DNA of 63,683 bases, filler included, from Octopus bimaculoides (GCF_001194135.2; 5 parts of 4 records of this genome joined end to end with filler, not necessarily neighbours in it), one strand, 5' to 3'. Positions 24,493-37,871 are shown, counted from the whole stretch's first letter. A program made the numbers and translations. The notes: generated by a model from the letters alone, not told the origin.

Positions 24493-25675
24493 GTATGTGT
24501 ATATACTTTATAATGTATATACTTACCTTGATATGAAGATATATCAGTAGATATATGTATATATATATATCTACGTATATGTTTATTTGTATGCGTATCT
24601 ATATGTGTGTGTTTTTGCATATATTTATGTAGATATGCATGGTGTTTTATATGTGTGTGTTTGCAAGCTGATCAAAGTACCTAACATTTGTTAGATACTT
24701 TTAGGAACACCAACATTCTAATCATCTTACTCTCTCTCTCTATTTTTCTCTTTTTTTTTTCTAATTTTCTCTTTCCCTTTCTTTTTTATTTCTTCCACCA
24801 CTTATTTTTTTCTTCTTTTCCTCTTTTTCTTTCTCCTACCACTTATGATTTTCTGATTTTTTTTTTTTCATTTTCTTTCTCTAGCTTGTGACAACTAAGT
24901 TGTATATTTGAAACACACACGGAGAATTATTATGTGTGTGGATACATTTATGTATGTGGATACACTGGCTCGGGAACAAAATTTGCTTAGGGGGTGCAAA
25001 CCCAGTCCCCAAAATATTATGTGCATATATTTATGTACATGGATACCCATATATGCAGTTGTATATATTTATGTTTTGCCTGTATTGGTTTGTATATGTA
25101 TGTAGCTGTCCCAACACTTGTATGTTTAGTGTATATATTTATATATAGTTTTTTTTGGTATGTGTATGTATTACTGAATGTATATGTATTTTATGATGTT
25201 AGTTCTTAGTAAATATTTTTTATTTTAAATGGATATATCTGTTAATTTATTTAAATGTATTATTTTTTACCATTAATTATTTACCCTGGGTATACAGGTC
25301 TTTTTTCCTTCTATATAAGCTATTTTTTGATTTAAGGTTTTCTTCAATTTTTATAATATGATTTTAAACCATAATTGTAATTTCATATAACCAATTATTG
25401 AAAAAAGACATTAGTTGAAAGGATCTATGAAACAAAAGCATTTTCAAATGTGTATCTATCAAAGTAATTGTATATAACTTTATTGCATATAACCTTATTT
25501 TGCTCCATTCTAGACCAAATCTGTCCAACAAATGGGAACATGAAACTCTGAGTAACAGTTTTTGTGATGTCTTTGCAACTTTATTAATAAAGCATATTAC
25601 TCTACCTCCAGTAACCAAGTACTATTCTTTCCACCTTGTTTTGCATTTATGTGCCTACTCTGGTATATATATATA

Positions 25676-25841
25676 CACTCTCTGAGTGGTTGGCGTTAGG
25701 AAGGGCATCCAGCTGTAGAAACTCTGCCAAATTAGATTGGAGCCTGGTGTAGCCATCCGGTTGCACCAGTCCTCAGTCAAATCGTCCAACCCATGCTAGC
25801 ATGGAAAGCGGATGTTAAACGATGATGATGATGATGATGAT
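25676..25841 (+). mobile_element. RTE-type LINE/SINE 3' end (family D) with (GAT)n tail
   Basis: GAGTGGTTGGCGTTAGGAAGGGCATCCAGC...CCCATGCTAGCATGGAAAGCGG; repeated at 40756 and 48527. Confidence 0.82.
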
Positions 25842-26027
25842 CACGAAAAAGGGAGAAGTGGTATGCCTTCCCACAGAAAAGTCCGGCAGAATGTCAATAG
25901 ACAGCCTGCCGAACTATATCCAGGCAATGCAACCTCACATCGCCAATACGAAGGTAACAACCTTACAGGCGCATGAGGAAAGAGAAAAAGTCCTCAATGC
26001 CCACATGATGATGTGGACAATTGTCCT
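25842..26027 (+). pseudogene. Probable PLE RT N-terminal fragment
   Basis: KKGEVVCLPTEKSGRMSID...NYIQAMQPH...EKVLNAH resembles the PLE (T/A)DK(S)G region; cut by a gap. Confidence 0.5.
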
Positions 26028-26199
26028 NNNNNNNNNNNNNNNNNNNNNNNNNNNNNNNNNNNNNNNNNNNNTTAATTAATTAANNNNNNNNNNNNNNNNN
26101 NNNNNNNNNNNNNNNNNNNNNNNNNNNTATGTAATTGAATAATAAATGTAATAATTAAATTGTACAACTTGTTGTGTTATCTCTGCGAGCCCCCGAGGG

Positions 26200-26790
26200 A
26201 AATACAACACACTGACATTGCACATCTAGCAAAGCATGGTGGCTTCATTTCTTTCAAATCTTTGCATATCTTCTGCAGTCACAGTCCATGTTGCACTGCC
26301 ACATGACATGATTGTTTGTACATAGCCATCATACAATCTGCCTTTCACTCTGAGGTTAAGGCCTTTTGTTACCAACAAAGGTAGAAGCTTTCTAAACTTT
26401 GCATAGCTCATTCTTATTTCTAGCTGCTATGCTCTCAGAGCATCTTCCTCCACTGCTGTCTTGGTCACCTAGGTAACAGAAGCTATCTATTACTTGTAAG
26501 TATTCCCCTGAGCATTTAGGCAAGTCTATTTTCTGTGTTTATTTCTAGTGTTTATTTTACCTGCACATCTGTCACACACAAAGATTACTTTCTCTGTCAG
26601 CCTACTTCTGATACTGCTGTACTTCTTATGCACTGGGTACACCTTATGGAGTTTCTACTTACACCTTTTCTACATAACAAACAGAGCCATCTCCCTGAAG
26701 GGATTTGTGCCTGTTTTCCTACTTACAAGGACTTTGATCTTGACCAAATTAACTCTGAGGCCTTTTGATTCCAGACCTTGCTTCAACAAA
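26200..26790 (-). pseudogene. RTE-clade LINE RT C-terminal remnant
   Basis: GRWLCLLCRKGVSRNSIRC...FVCDRC...FCYLGD...AKFRKLLPLL...KGRLY...GSATW...ERNEATML. Confidence 0.85.
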
Positions 26791-27016
26791 GAATTTAGTA
26801 AATTAACTTTCTCATTATTAAGCTGGAGATTGGAATATAAATTAACATTGAAATTTGATGGGCGTTTTTAATTTAGATCACTTTAAATAGGAAGTTTATA
26901 TTGCAGAAGCAAGGAGTGATCTCAAGCAGGTTGGTATCAAAAGGACTTAACAAACGTTTATCTTTCTTTCCCAACTCAGGGAGAGATTAAATCCAACTGA
27001 TTCATAAATCTTCACC

Positions 27017-27248
27017 TATTGGATTGTCCGGAAAGTTCGTGCCGCTTTTTAAAGGAAAGAAAAAGGTCAATAAATACTTGCCATTATATTTTTAATCAAC
27101 CAAATATGCACGATTTTGTTGCACAATGCGTCTCCATCTTTTCTTTAACTTGAAAATGCCCTCTTCCCAGAACTGAGGTGGTTTCATGGCAAATAAGTCG
27201 AAAGGTAAGCTACTATAAATCAGCACGAACTTTCCGGACAACCCAATA
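27017..27248 (-). mobile_element. Mariner-derived MITE (232 bp including TA TSDs)
   Basis: Terminal 26 bp inverted match 25/26 (TATTGG(A/G)TTGTCCGGAAAGTTCGTGC); retains the transposase C-terminus KPPQFWEEGIFKL..RW..IVQQN..Y. Confidence 0.92.
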
Positions 27249-27778
27249 CACCAAATAAATAGAGAAATTACAATCGCCAACTAGCTTTAAAATTTGTCAA
27301 CATACATTCCATTCAAAATCCATAATGATAATTTTTAGGAATGATATTTTTGGAAGAAGTTAGTGTAATCAAATTCCTTGGCTAGCTTCTTAACATCTGA
27401 AAATATTTTTACTGTCATATCTTTCATTTTACTCATTCTCACAAAATAATGGATGAAGATGATGATGATGAGGATTATGTGTGTGTGTGTGTGTGTGTGT
27501 ATCAAAATCATTAGTTGATTTTTGAAACTCAAAAGAAAGGTGACTAGTTTTGTAAATACTAACATCTGAGTGTTTTGAAATGCATATGTGCATACACACG
27601 CACGCACGCGCGCACGCACACACACACACACACACATACACATATCATGTATGTATATAGATATGATCTTGAATGCAATTAGATGTGAAAGTATTTGTAA
27701 TTAAAGGTATGATGAGATTTCATCATTTCATGGGAGTTGTAGTATGTGTATTTATATGTATGTGTGTATGTATGTGCA

Positions 27779-27810
<32 letters not shown>

Positions 27811-27957
27811 TATAATATATATATACATACTTAAATAGATATAGATAAATAGATAACCAGACAGACATGTCCATGAGGATGTGAAACAAGTGCTTGGATC
27901 AGATTATGCTTTCCTCTAAGAAATGTAAGATGAGTCACTTTATGTAGCTATGTGTGC

Positions 27958-28022
<65 letters not shown>

Positions 28023-29274
28023 TGTGCGTGTGTGCGTGCATGCACGTGGTTTGTAGTTAATTACATTTCCTCTCAAAATGTAACTCAATTTTGTGATTTT
28101 TATATTCCGATCTATGGAGCTTAAATGTTTATTTATTCATGTGTTTATTTTTCAGTTATTTACTCATATTTTTTCTTGTACATATTTGTGTATATGACTG
28201 TTCAAAAGAAGCTGGCACAATCCTCTTACCTTGCTAACTCCTGTAGAACTGTCCAACCCATGCCAGCATAAAAATGAATAAACACTGGGTTCAATTCATT
28301 CAACTAAAACATTCTACAAGGCGGTGCCCCAGCATGGCCACACTCTAATGACTGAAACAAGTAAAAGATACAGTATACTTATTTGCTCCCTTTGTATTTG
28401 AAAACAGAGTGAACTTTTAAATGATTTGTGGTTTAGTGTAAGTTCCTTTGCTCCCCCGTTCTTTTGTAGAAAATTTTAAACTGGAGTCTGTTGACATATT
28501 AAGGAACATCTTCCCAAATTGTTTGTGACTTGTATTGGAGTATTTTTGCTGATGACCTTTGTGTATTGTCTAAATTGGTGACTATGAAAGTAGTTAGACT
28601 AAAGAAGACCACAGTCCCTACAATCTCTCCCTCCCTCTCTCTCTCTCTCCCTTTCTCTGTCTTGTAATCTCTCTCTCGCTCTCTCTCTGACACACTAACA
28701 CACACACAGAAAGGGGAGAGAGAGAGAGAGTGATAGAGATAGACTGACAGACACACATGCGGACAGAAGGGGTCAGAAAAGTAACAGTAAGAGAGATCTG
28801 GCAGCAATTAAGGGTAATAGAATTCAACTGCTTACATGTTGGATGGAATTACAAAGAAATGATTTAGAAAGATAAGCAGATTCTTTTAATGATAGATTTT
28901 GCTTTTATTTTTAGTCCGGTTTTTTTCTTTCTTTTCAGGATAATTAAAGGAGGAGGGTAGTGTCCATGACCTTTGCAGAGTCTCCCAGAATTGGTGGGAA
29001 CAGTGCTGTTGATATTCGGGCTGAAGATCTTGTAGCTTTGTCTCAAAGGAAAATGTGAGGTGGGAGGGATTTAAAAAAAAAAGGGGGTTCTACTGTTCTA
29101 AAGAGGAAAGCCCGAATAAAGTATTTAGCACAGAAGATGGGTGTATGACTAAGAGGAGGGAGAGAGATGAGTGAGCCTTTGTGAAGTGGGTGTGTAGTTA
29201 GCAGGCTCAGAGAAGCAGAAGCCATTTTAGTAAGAATAGAAGAGATAGGGAGAAGAAACTGCATGTCTGTGTTA

Positions 29275-29473
29275 TTGGTTTTAAATTTTGGCACAAGACC
29301 AGCAATTTTAGGGGAGAGTATAAATCAATTACATCAACCCCAGTATTCAACTGGTACTTATTTTATTGATCCTGGAAAGATGAAAGGCAAGGTCAACCTC
29401 AGCAGAATTTGCACTCAGATGAAACACCACTAAGCATTTTGTCCAGCATGCTAAGAATTCTGCCAGCTTGCCA
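29275..29473 (-). mobile_element. SINE family C copy (CpG-decayed)
   Basis: Homologous to 11345-11541 and 20357. Confidence 0.8.
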
Positions 29474-29810
29474 TTTAAAGTATGTCTGTGATATTGTGAT
29501 TAAAGTATGTTGATGAGTGAATCATTGCCAAACAATCAAATGGTCTCTTTTTGATGCAGTTTTGGATGTTTACATGTGCAGTAGAAGTTAAATGTCTAAT
29601 TGGGTAAGGTAATAAATCATTAGTTGATAAATCTAGTGCAGGTATTTTATTGTATTTTTTGGCCAATACATAACTTTACATTGACTCTGTTCACCTGACT
29701 CTGGTAGAGGATCTCCACTAAGTTATCAACTGTAAATCAATGTTTTATTCATTTCTCATCTGTTTCACACTGCAGAAATCAAAATTAAATACTTTCTCTA
29801 TGACAGAAAT

Positions 29811-29955
29811 AGGATGGCTGAGTGGACAAGGTATTAGACTACTTGCTTCCAAGTCATGAGTTCAAACTGCTGCAAGTATTGCATTGTGTCTCTGGACAGA
29901 GGACTTCCTCCAAAATTGTTTAAGTCTACTTAGTTGTCAGATGTTAGGTACCAGG
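29811..29955 (+). mobile_element. Old tRNA-headed, CORE-like SINE
   Basis: TGGCTGAGTGG A-box, GAGTTCAAAC B-box, TTGTGTCTCTGGACAGAGGACTT core-like stretch. Confidence 0.5.
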
Positions 29956-30610
29956 TCATCTGGAAATGTTAACTGTTAAGCACCAGCCCTTAAAAGCTCC
30001 TTGGAACTTAGAAGATATTACATGATATCATACTACTTGTTCTTTTGTTATTCTTATTATTATTTAACCTTGAAGTCAGCCCTGTATTATGTACTCCTGA
30101 TGGAGACAGCAACATCATTTGGCAAGAAATCAAGTAACTTTTTATGAGAACTTGAAAGTACACTTTTAATTACTCTCACTCCTATTAGCTGTGCCTCATG
30201 CTCTTGGAGTGGCCATAAGAGTTTTAGTAAAGAGCTTTTTTAATGACACCACATTTTGAACTTATTCTACCAAGTCACACTTCACATTGACAGTTAGTCT
30301 CTGTCATAATTTGACCTTAATCTCAGCAACACAAAAAGCATTGTTTAAAAATATAGTATAGCTTAATCTGTACTTATAATTTCCAGCACTCTCACTGTGA
30401 GGAGCTGCTGTTTTCCAGTTAGAAACTAGAATTCCTTTACCAACTTCTGTATTACAGACAGACTGTAAATCTTTTTGGTCTTAGTGCTTTTCTACTCTCT
30501 GGGACATGGTATCCATGAAAAGAAAGCTCATAGCAAAAGCAGTAAAACGTATCTTCTGCCCTTTGTTTCTAATGAGTAGTCTCTTTCCCTTCTCATTATC
30601 ATCTCCATTG

Positions 30611-31006
30611 GCGGAGGCGCAATGGCCCAGTGGTTAGGGCAGCGGACTCGCAGTCATAGGATCGAGGTTTCAATTCCCAGACCAGGTGTTGTGAGTGTTT
30701 ATTGAGCGAAAACACCTAAAGCTCCATGAGGCTCCGGCAGGGGATGGTGGCGAACCCTGCTGTACTCTTCCACCACAACTTTCTCTCATTCTTACTTCCT
30801 GTCTCTGTTGTACCTGTAATTCAAAGGGTCAGCCTTGTCACACTGTGTCATGCTGAATGTCCTCGAGAACTACGTTAAGGGTACACGTGTCTGTGGAGTG
30901 CTCAGCCACTTGCACGTTAATTTCACGAGCAGGCTGTTCCGTTGATCAGATCAACTGGAACCCTCGATGTCGTAAGCGACGGAGTGCCAACAACAACAAC
31001 AACTAA
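30611..31006 (+). mobile_element. Full-length SINE family B with (CAA)n tail and 13-bp TSD
   Basis: TSD ATCATCTCCATTG at 30598-30610 and 31007-31019. Confidence 0.95.
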
Positions 31007-31759
31007 ATCATCTCCATTGCCATGACAAAACAAGGTGGATAAATGGTTGAAACTATCATGATGCCTATCTTTAACCAATTGATCATAAACAGTTTGATGA
31101 TAAACTGCATTAATATCTACCTTTAGCAAAATTGCTTTCATTTGTGAGGATGGAGAAAAGAGTGCAGTTGCTAAAAATTAACCCCAGTACTTGTGCTTGA
31201 ATTTTTTTGGTTCTGCAGACCAAAAAGCAAAATTGAACTAATTTAATGTAATGAAAATTTTGTGCTCCCTTGGCAAACGTTTTCTATGAATCTAAAAGAA
31301 CAAAGTGGTAATTTACCAAACATCTTTGTCTTTTCCTTCCCTGCTATGGCTACCCACACAACCTTCAATCATTCAAAAACAGATTGGACAATATTTCCTA
31401 GCTAGAACCCTGTGCTCTACACATCTGATTGCAGTTTGGTATAGCGTGCAAGAAAATCCCAGAATAGATTTGACAATAACATAGACACTTTGTCTTAACT
31501 GTACAATATATATAAAATGAAGCATTGCATATGCCAGGTATAAAACTTATCATTTGAGCTGCATGTTCAACTAGCTACTGCTGTCCTCTGTACCATAGCA
31601 AACAAGTAGAGAGAGAGGAGGAGAGAGAGAGGGAGGGAGAGAGAGAGAGATATTCAACAAAAGCACTTAATTTGGGAACTTCAATAAGCTGAGTATCTAT
31701 TTTCTCCTTAGCTCTGAGTATCTCCTTGGTAATTTGTACTTAGATTCAGTTTCATGGCT

Positions 31760-32945
31760 GGCCTCTTTGTTAGGAATTATTGGAGTAATCCTTCTGTCTT
31801 CCCTAAGCATTCTCCGCATTCAGCAATCTCTCATGATTATATTTCTGTGCATCTTTTTTCTGAGTGTCAGTGAGGACAAGTGTGTTATCATTACATACAT
31901 ACTTCTTACCAACAACGTTAAATGCATACTGATGCATTTCAGGGTATCTTACACTCTTGATTCTCACATTGCAGATCGGCAGACATCATACTTTCCACTC
32001 ACCTCTTTGCTAAGTATACACAACTTTTAATCTCTTTTCTAGCTATCTGATATTGTTCCTTCCTCCTTCATTTCTTCTATTCTTTTCAGGCTCCATCTTC
32101 TGTATCCATTCCATTAATTCCGGCTAGAACCTGGCTCCATCCAGATCTAGTCTATGGTTCTCAAGAGGTTGTCTTATAGAAACTACCAGTTATCTTCAAT
32201 ACTATAGCCCTTTATTTCTCCCTTTTACTCTACATACATATCCAACTGAGAAATCTATCAGCTTCCATACCTTTTTTGGGGAAGATTGTCTAGTCTCTGG
32301 CACTTATTCTGAGATCATTAATCACCAGCTTATGTCGTACGGTACATTCTTCACTGGAGTAATATTCACAGTTAGCTGTCTAACTTATTTCCTGGTCTGT
32401 CTGGTTTTGCTTGTTTGCCTCAAGTAGCATGCAATGAAGTGATTGGCTGATTTCCTGAAGTTAGTGTTTCAAATAATAACATCATTTGCATCATAGAACT
32501 TTCAGAGCCTTGATCCCTCTTCATTCTGAGTACCATAACAATAGCTTCCATGTGCATTGGAATAGCCATTATGGTGTTGCCCTACATGTCCATCAAAATC
32601 TTCCAGTTGTTAAAATGAGACTCTTGTCATTGTTTATCATGTGGAAGTCTGCAAGAGGACTGATTTCTAGGTACATATACAAATATAACTTTTCCTGTCA
32701 TTTTGCCTATGGCTATTCTAACCTTAATTACTCCTGTCATAGGAATCAAAGCTGACTCAGGGTTACATGCCAATAATGAATTTCACTACCAACAATATCA
32801 CTACTTCACAGGGCAATATTTGTATTTGTCTTCCTTGCTCAAGAAGAGTCTAGTTGAGTTATCCCTCCATCTTACTTCCTGTACACAGCATAAATCTATT
32901 CACCTGTGCTCAAGCATCTCTACAGTTTCAACACATCCACCTTTT
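31760..32945 (-). pseudogene. RTE-clade LINE APE-endonuclease remnant
   Basis: IDLCCVQEVRWR...DFDGHVGQH...NEEG..L.F....NTNFRK...EECTVRHKLVIND. Confidence 0.8.
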
Positions 32946-32954
32946 ATCATTCCA

Positions 32955-33135
32955 ACTTTGATAACATCATCATCATTTAATGTCTGTTTTCCATGCTGGC
33001 ATGGGTTGGATAGTTTGATTGGGTCTAATGAGCTGCAGAGCTATGTCAGGCCCCAATGTAAGCTTTGGCATGGTTTCTATGGCTGGGTGCCCTTCCTAAT
33101 ACCAACCACTTTACATTGTATACCAGATGTTTTTT
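32955..33135 (-). mobile_element. RTE-type 3' end with (GAT)n tail
   Basis: CATCATCAT...CCATGCTGGCATGGGTTGGA...GCCCTTCCTAATACCAACCAC. Confidence 0.7.
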
Positions 33136-33756
33136 TCATGACACGTGCATGAGTGAGATTGCCAATTTGCAAGACAAGGTAAATACAGGAAAACGGAAAA
33201 AAAATCCTTGTGTCTAAGTGGTAGTTTATCTGAGAGAAGGGGAGATGGCTTAATGCCAGGTGTTGGAGGTTAAAGTATGATAGAGGGACACGTACAAATG
33301 TCTTGCTATAGAGGGAATATATAGTTTCACTGCATTATGCAAAGGTAAGTGAGAGTAGCTGGAAGGGAGACAGAGGGTGGTAGCTGGCTGCCCGAGTGTA
33401 CTTACAAGGTACAAGAAAGTGAGTACAAGGGCGAATATAGACTGTAGATCAGGAGGGAAAGAAAGTGTGGGTAAGAGTGACAGATGGATAGTAAATGGGT
33501 TAGAGGTGGATGTAGTGAATGACAAATGAGGGTGAAAGTGTGGTTAATGGTAAATTAACCACACATAGTGGGGAAAGTGAGAGAGACAGAAGTGGCTTGG
33601 GAAGCAGAAAGTAACAAGCATCAGCTCAGGAGGTGTTAGAGAACAGCTGTATCATATATCTTTGACTAGATCAGAGAATAGAGAGATGTACAGGGTATGG
33701 ATAAATAGAAAATAGATTTTCTTCAAATATTATATTGAAAACAATTTTATAAAAAT

Positions 33757-33960
33757 CTTTTACTTCTTTCAGTCATTAAACTGCAGCTGTACTGGGGTAT
33801 TGCCTTGAATAATTTTTAGTTGAATGAATTGACTCTTTTTTTTTTCTTTTAAAACCTGGTACCTATTCAGTTGGTCTCTTTTGCCAAACTGCTAACTTAT
33901 GGGGACATAAACACACCAATACCAGTTGTCTAGCAGTGGAGGGAGGACAAACACAGACAT
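33757..33960 (-). mobile_element. SINE family A 3' half
   Basis: Homologous to 38030-38240. Confidence 0.75.
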
Positions 33961-34095
33961 GAAGAAATACACAGATATATACATACATACATACATACAT
34001 ATATATATATATATTTGTGTGTGTGTGTTAAATGAAATAAGATATCAAGACCAAAGCAATTTGATATTCCTAGGGCACTTATAAATAGAAAGGTG

Positions 34096-34143
34096 GTCTT
34101 ACAGCTGTTTCAGGGAAATAAATGATATCCTATCATCAGAGAC
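34096..34143 (-). ncRNA. Minimal type I hammerhead ribozyme motif
   Basis: Minus strand GTCT-CTGATGA-[TAGGATAT..ATTTCCCT]-GAAA-CAGCTG-TA-AGAC: intact core, 4-bp stem I, palindromic stem III, GUA site; stem II imperfect. Confidence 0.75.
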
Positions 34144-34440
34144 AAGTTAAAAGAGCTTCAATAGAAGTAATTAGTAGAGTTCATATTTTTATAAGAAGTT
34201 ATTCTTATTAGATATAATGCAGAAAATATAAAAGGAAAATATGAAAACAAAAATGTGTTGGATGTTAACGTTGTTCAATTATCCAAGAAATGTGTTGTGT
34301 AAAATGGGTAAAGAGGCTTCTTGTCCATGATGTGTAAAGTCCAATAAGAATTCATAAGTTATTTGAAATGGATAGTGTGCAGATATTAATTCCATTTGTC
34401 ATTCATTCAAAGGATCTTGTAGTGTAAATGAATGTTTTTA

Positions 34441-34520
34441 TAAGACACCTGCCCAAGGTGCCACACAGTGGAAATGAACCCAGAACCATATGGTTGGGAA
34501 GCAAGCTTATCACACAGCCA
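34441..34520 (-). mobile_element. SINE family A 5' fragment
   Basis: AAGACACCTGCCCAAGGTGCCACACAGTGG...CACACAGCC. Confidence 0.75.
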
Positions 34521-34654
34521 CATGAAATTTAATTTGTTTTCATTAGTTTTTCATTATTTAGCTTAAAACAATGATGTTCCCAGCTTCACTAACATTTAAA
34601 GATCTTCTCAACTTTATCTCCTGCATGAAGTGATGATAGTAGCACATTGTTGCT

Positions 34655-34812
34655 CCAAAGAAGGCCAAGATCATTTCATCTGTAGGGAAGGTGAGCCTCA
34701 CTTTTGAGATGCAAAAGGCATAGCATTTATAGACTATCTTCAAAAGGGCTACACAATCAATGGAGGGTACTATGCTAACTTGCTGAAGCAGTTACAAAAG
34801 ACTATCAAGACA
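34655..34812 (+). pseudogene. Mariner transposase fragment
   Basis: APKKAKIISSVGKV..(W)DAKGIAFIDYLQKGYTINGGYYANLLKQL; homologous to 37130-37290. Confidence 0.82.
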
Positions 34813-35752
34813 TTTTTGTAATGGACAGCATGGGATCACAGTAATGATGATGTAACAGTTAAAATCATCATCATTGCATTTAGAATTGTTTAATGGTGAT
34901 CTTCAGTTTATTTTACATGTATTGTTTGCTTTGTAATAAAGTTTCCATAGTATTCTACATTTTGGGCAGCAGGGGAATTTTATATAAGAAGGCAGTGTTA
35001 TAAACTAATACTTTTCAAGCTAGTTTTCTTTGATGGTCTGTATTATGTGTTGTAAGAACTCTTTACAAATGCATGGTCCATTGATTAAGAAATTTCATAC
35101 TTGTGTGTTTGATGTAACAAGGAGTCATGAAATTTACAAATTTCATGTTTACATTAAAATTTGCTGCTTTACGTTAATCAAAAAGTTTTTCGTTATGATG
35201 GTCTTGTTATATGCTATAACAATGAATTTGTGCTTTGGCATGGTACATGCATTTAATAAACCAGAGTTTATTAGCTTATTTTATTGACATATTCATCCAT
35301 TTTGTAATAAGAGATCATTTCATTCATGTAGTATACTATATTCAGTTTTTGTGTTTTTAAGAGGTGCTGTAACAGTTATGCTTATGAAGTTGAGTTTGCT
35401 CTTGTATTGTTCTACATATCAAAAGAAGTGATGCAAACCTCAGAGCAATGAAATAGCATTGTATGTAAATTATTCTACTATTCCTAACTGCAGGAGAGTG
35501 GGATGAAAAGTTCATATGATGACCATGAAGGAGTAATGCTAAAGCTGTGAAATTTTGCATGCGTTAATTTCAATAATTTCAAATAATTTAATAACTGCAT
35601 TCTTTCTTTCCATGTAAACTGACATCTGACTGCTCAAAGTAACTAGTAGTGACTTCTTTTGAAAATTGACAAAATTTTGCATTGTAGTGTTATCAAGTAC
35701 CTGCAGAAAATGGGTTTAGACTGAAGTAGTTTGTTGTGTGTAGCTAAAATAG

Positions 35753-36181
35753 TTGAATGAAATAATCTATGCAAGAAAGTTCAGAAATGTAGAAATAACA
35801 GCTAAATAGTAGTTTTCAATAATGTGGCATAGAGAAATAAATAGACATAGCAACGATGTGAATGGTTCTGAGTCTAATCGACAAAGAAGCAAAGAGCAGG
35901 GCAAGCAAGCTGTTTTTATAAATGGAATGCTAGACATTCTAGAAACTTCCAAGAGAAACATGAAGCTTCTTGAATAATTAAGAATTACTTCTCATGAAAT
36001 ATAATCTTCCGAGAAACTTACTAAAGGGAGATTACTCTATAACACTTCTCGCAAGATTATACTCAAAGCCATTCACGTTGTTGCTATGTCTATCTATTTC
36101 TCTATGCCACATTACTAAAAACCACTATTTAGCTGTTATTTCGCCATTTCTGCACTTTCTTGCATAGATCATTTCATTCAA
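35753..36181. mobile_element. MITE-like element with ~120-bp inverted arms
   Basis: 35753-35873 is the reverse complement of 36061-36181, with a ~187-bp spacer. Confidence 0.75.
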
Positions 36182-36299
36182 TTAGTTTCTACATTTTGAT
36201 TATGTTTCATCGACAACCAGTGAATAAACTATATTTTATGTAATAAATATAAAGTTCCAAAATTTATTCTTCTTCTCTGTAAGGATTCTTCTAATAAGA

Positions 36300-37708
36300 T
36301 ACATGCAACATTTCCAAACATATATTCACGCTACAAAACATTCATACCAACATGGCTGATACATTAGGAGATGATGCCCCAGCTATATCAACACTGCAAA
36401 AGTGGGTAGCTGAATTTAGTAGAAGAGAGAGTCTTGAAAATGACCTAAGGCTTAGACATTCTGCAACTGCCACCACTGATGAAAACATTGATCATGTTCA
36501 CTACATGCTGATCCGATCAACGGAACAGCCTGCTCGTGAAATTAACGTGCAAGTGGCTGAGCAATCCACAGACACGTGTACCCTTAACGTAGTTCTCGGG
36601 GATATTCAGTGTGACACAGTGTGACAAGGCTGACCCTTTGAATTACAGGCACAACAGAAACAGGAAGAAAGAGTGAGACAAAGTTGTGGTGGAAGAGTAC
36701 AGCAGGGTTCGCCACCATCCCCTGCCGGAGCCTCATGGAGCTTTAGGTGTTTTCGCTCAATAAACACTCACAATGCCCAGTTTGGGAATCGAAACCGCGA
36801 TCCTATGACCACGAGTCCGCTGCCCTAACCACTGGTCCATTGCGCCTCCACATATCAAATAGTTGATGCTAAAAGCATGTCCTGTGAGAGAGTTGAGAAT
36901 AATCTGTACAACAAACTTAGCATGTTTCTGCTCAGTGGCTGTCACCTCTTTTGATACCTGATCAAAAGTGCACCAGGTTGATCACATCATGGGAAAATCT
37001 GACATTGTTTCAGGCAAATCCAGCTGGTTTTCTTAAATGTTTTTTTAACCAGGATGAATGTTGGCTTCATCACTTTGATCCAGAGACAAAAGAGGTAATC
37101 CAAACAGCGAAAACACCTCTCTTCACCTGCTCCAAAGAAACCCAAGGTCATTTGGTCATTCAATCTGCAGGGAAGGTAATATCCTCAGTTTTTTGGGGAT
37201 GCAAAAGGAATTGGGTTTATTGACTATCTTCAAAAGGGTCACACCATCAATAGAGGGCACTATGCTAACTTGCTAAAACATTTACAAAAGGCTATCATGA
37301 CCAAACATTCAGGGAATCTGACAAAGGGGCTCTTATTTCATTAGGACAATGCTCCAGCACACAAATCCTTGGTTTCAATGGCTGCTGTGCATGGCTGTGT
37401 CTTTGAACTGGTTTATCAGCTTCTCTATTATTCTGATTTGGCCCAATCTGATTATTATCTGTTCCTAAACAGGAAAAAACACTTGGCTGGGAACCAGTAT
37501 CATAGTGATGATAACGTCATATCTGCTATTGATGACGTTTTTGACCAACAGGATGAGAGGTTCATCACCAATGAAATCTAAGCACTGCATCACTGATTGA
37601 TGACATGTGTAGACTACCAGGAGAACTATGTTGAAAAATAAACCTCATTTAGTCACATTCAATGAGAGTATCCTGCTCAGTCTATGAACTTTTCAGTCAA
37701 CCTTCATA
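36300..37708 (+). mobile_element. Mariner transposon remnant interrupted by a SINE
   Basis: LGDDAPAISTLQKWVAEF; QDECWLHHFDPETK; DNAPAHKS; YSDLAQSDYYLF; 3' TIR GAACTTTTCAGTCAACCTTCA+TA. 5' TIR not found. Confidence 0.88.
36509..36849 (-). mobile_element. SINE family B nested in the mariner
   Basis: Homologous to 30611-31006; lacks the last ~35 bp. Confidence 0.9.
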
Positions 37709-37871
37709 TTATGTACTCTTACACATAATCATGCTTATGTGAATGTAGGTAACATTGTATTTGTGTGTGTGTGTGTGTACAGAATGTCCCAGAAATAACT
37801 ATCTCATCCAATGAAATCAAGCAAATTTTAAAAAAAACTAATAGAATTTTATGTTTATTACTTAATTAATG

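Noticed and set aside
28535-28580. FADDL RT-like motif and CTGATGA
   Set aside because: No other RT motifs in frame and no GAAA/stem geometry for an HHR.
29695-29729. Candidate 35-nt minus-strand exon (DNLVEILYQSQ)
   Set aside because: Weak acceptor and no recognisable homology; indistinguishable from chance without RNA data.
35494-35532. Candidate 39-nt plus-strand exon (ESGMKSSYDDHEG)
   Set aside because: Plausible splice dinucleotides only; no homology or partner exons.
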